Source: Enoplolaimus lenunculus
Lineage: Eukaryota
Length of the DNA: 35,451 nucleotides
Reading direction: 5' to 3'
Assembly: GCA_030248215.1 (NCBI GenBank)
Contig: JASANG010004131.1
Location: 496,001 to 531,451 of the forward strand
Shown here: positions 33,585 to 35,451 of the stretch, one piece after another
Numbering within the stretch: position 1 is the stretch's first letter
Layout of the letters: each line of letters starts with the position of its first letter
The notes under the pieces: generated by a model
Seen by the model: only the letters and a program-made list of their open reading frames with translations
Told to the model about the DNA's origin: nothing
The model's database searches: none
Made by a program: the position numbers and the translations under genes

Positions 33585-35451
33585 TGTAAAGAAGTGACTG
33601 CCCTGTCATCTTGCTCTTTTTGAATCCAGTTTTATTGGCCCGGTTACTGCCGAAAATGGAGCAAGAAGGGCATATTCAGCAATCTGCGTACTGTATGCAG
33701 CGGGGACAGGATTTTCAGCATCGCAAGTTTGCGATCCTGCATTTTACTGATTCCCAAGCACTTTGAATGGTAATTGAATTCGGATTAATTTGAGGTACCA
33801 GAGTTTTTGTACCCCTGTTCCTAATATATACTCTCTATTTACGACCCGCATTGGGGCGGGTCAAACACACACAGCTGTGTGTGTTTCTTTTTGTCTTGCT
33901 TTGTTGGTTTCCTGTTGTCTGGTCTTTAACTCTATGTAGCTGCTTTGCAGCTTTCTGCAGCTGGCTTCTCGAACTAGTATACAATTTGCATAAATTTATT
34001 ACTTTTCGAAAAATTATCGAAATTTATGCAAATTTCGAATTTTAGTATGCAAATTAACCTTCAATTAGCCACAATTATCGGCTATAAAAGCGCTCAAACC
34101 GCAGTTCAAGGAGCGCAGTTGTCGAATTTTGTCGGAAAACGTTGCTGGTAACAAACGTTCTGCGCTTGATTCAACTATGTTATTTCTGATGTTTTTATGG
34201 CTTTTGTTATTTGTTAATTTTTTTAAGGTCCACAGGTATGTGGACCTGTTTCTTTCTAATTATTAATAAAATGGTTACTATTTACTATCTATTATGTGTA
34301 ATAAGCGATTAAGCGATCACTTCTCGCAGCAGTCGGAGGTGTATACAACATCCCGAGACCGCAAGACCGCGAGCATCTTAGTGTACGGTGGGCGGCAGTC
34401 TATCCGTTAGGGGCTCAGGCCCGAGAAACGAAAAGTTTCACACGAACCACGCGCATGAAGGTAAATTGTTTTCATTTTGTGCGTTTTATACTAATAACTT
34501 GTCAGGCCTGACTCTTTTTGCTAAAATCCGTCTAGTTTTCGGGATTAGTAATGCTTAGGCAGTGCGCAGGCTTAGGCAATCCACCCGCATGGTGGGGTCT
34601 AAGCCTAATCGTTTACATACTATTTATTATACACACACGGGATTCTTAGCCGTTCAATTTCGCTCTGTCCCGGGACGTCCGCCCCTTTCCTCCCTCTTTG
34701 TACATATCACGCTTGAACCTACCCGTATTTTTCTCGGTTCTTTGAGTGCTTATGCTAGTCACGCGCGCGCTTACTTTATGCTGTTTGACTGCCTAGTTCT
34801 TACTTCTGTAATGGTGCTAGTTGGATTATTGCACCTAAGAAGTTTTATCGGTTTTTGGCTAAGAACTAACTATAGCCGAATTAAGTCTATTACGAAGTTT
34901 TATACAATCGGTGGATATTTCTAGTTCTTTTCGGTTTAAATTCGTGACGCGTAAATTTGCGTCGCGTATAGAATTTGGATATCAGTGTCGCGATGATAAT
35001 CTTTGCGCGAAACTTAATTATTCGGAAATTTGCGGCGCTCATAAATCGCCGTTATTCGCGCCGCCCTAATTTTTATCCGATTGTCACCCGGTAGACAAGC
35101 GTGTACTTTCTAGTCAGATTCGCTGGCGGGATCTTACAGTGAACTTGTGTCGGTTTGCGCTTATTTTTCGGCCATCGGTTTCTCGCAAGGATGCTTATGC
35201 CTAGGGATTCAGCTGGATTTCCTTGCTTCGGCGTGATGCTTTTAGGCTAAGTGGAGTTACCGTTCTCCGAAAGTGGGTGCATTCCGACTTGGTTGTGCTG
35301 GGGGTGATTGCCATTTTTGCGGATCCCCGTGATTCCCTGCGTTGGTGACCTTCGGACGAACCTACCCCAGTCGCGGGCCTAAGCGTAGCGCAACGCATTT
35401 CGATTATTTTCCATCCATAAGCAGAAAGTTGCCGAGGGTAGGCGGCGCTGT

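Larger units (their letters stand above)
30580..35451 (+). mobile_element. Non-autonomous LTR retroelement: 5' LTR 30580 to about 32752, about 0.83-kb non-coding interior, 3' LTR from 33585 past the window end
   Basis: Near-identical direct repeat (30580-32477 vs 33585-35451) starting TGTAAAG; polypurine tract abuts the second copy; TATAAAA and AATAAA inside the repeat. The LTR end (gttaca at 32752) is tentative. Confidence 0.82.

Overview
Eukaryotic (animal) genomic DNA, most likely a repeat-rich nematode: TTAGGC repeats, TTTCAG-type acceptors and no prokaryotic gene organisation. The window lies inside one large minus-strand gene. I assembled 16 phase-compatible GT-AG exons (30222 down to 1120; 2688 nt, 896 aa, no stops) encoding spectrin repeats that match the dystrophin rod domain. 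Several exons have the same size and phase as human DMD exons 43-48 and 52-53 (comparison from memory). The introns are packed with transposon derivatives: TTAGGC-carrying Merlin-like MITEs, several hAT-like MITE families, piggyBac-, Harbinger- and CMC-like MITEs, tRNA-derived heads and a 48-bp minisatellite. There is also a 2.46-kb solo LTR nested in a MITE and a young non-autonomous LTR element with about 2.2-kb LTRs. The most unusual observation is a GC-rich coding exon inside the solo LTR that carries a canonical PAM2 (PABP-binding) motif, with a candidate second exon whose frame runs off the LTR end. All calls were made by eye; no searches were run.
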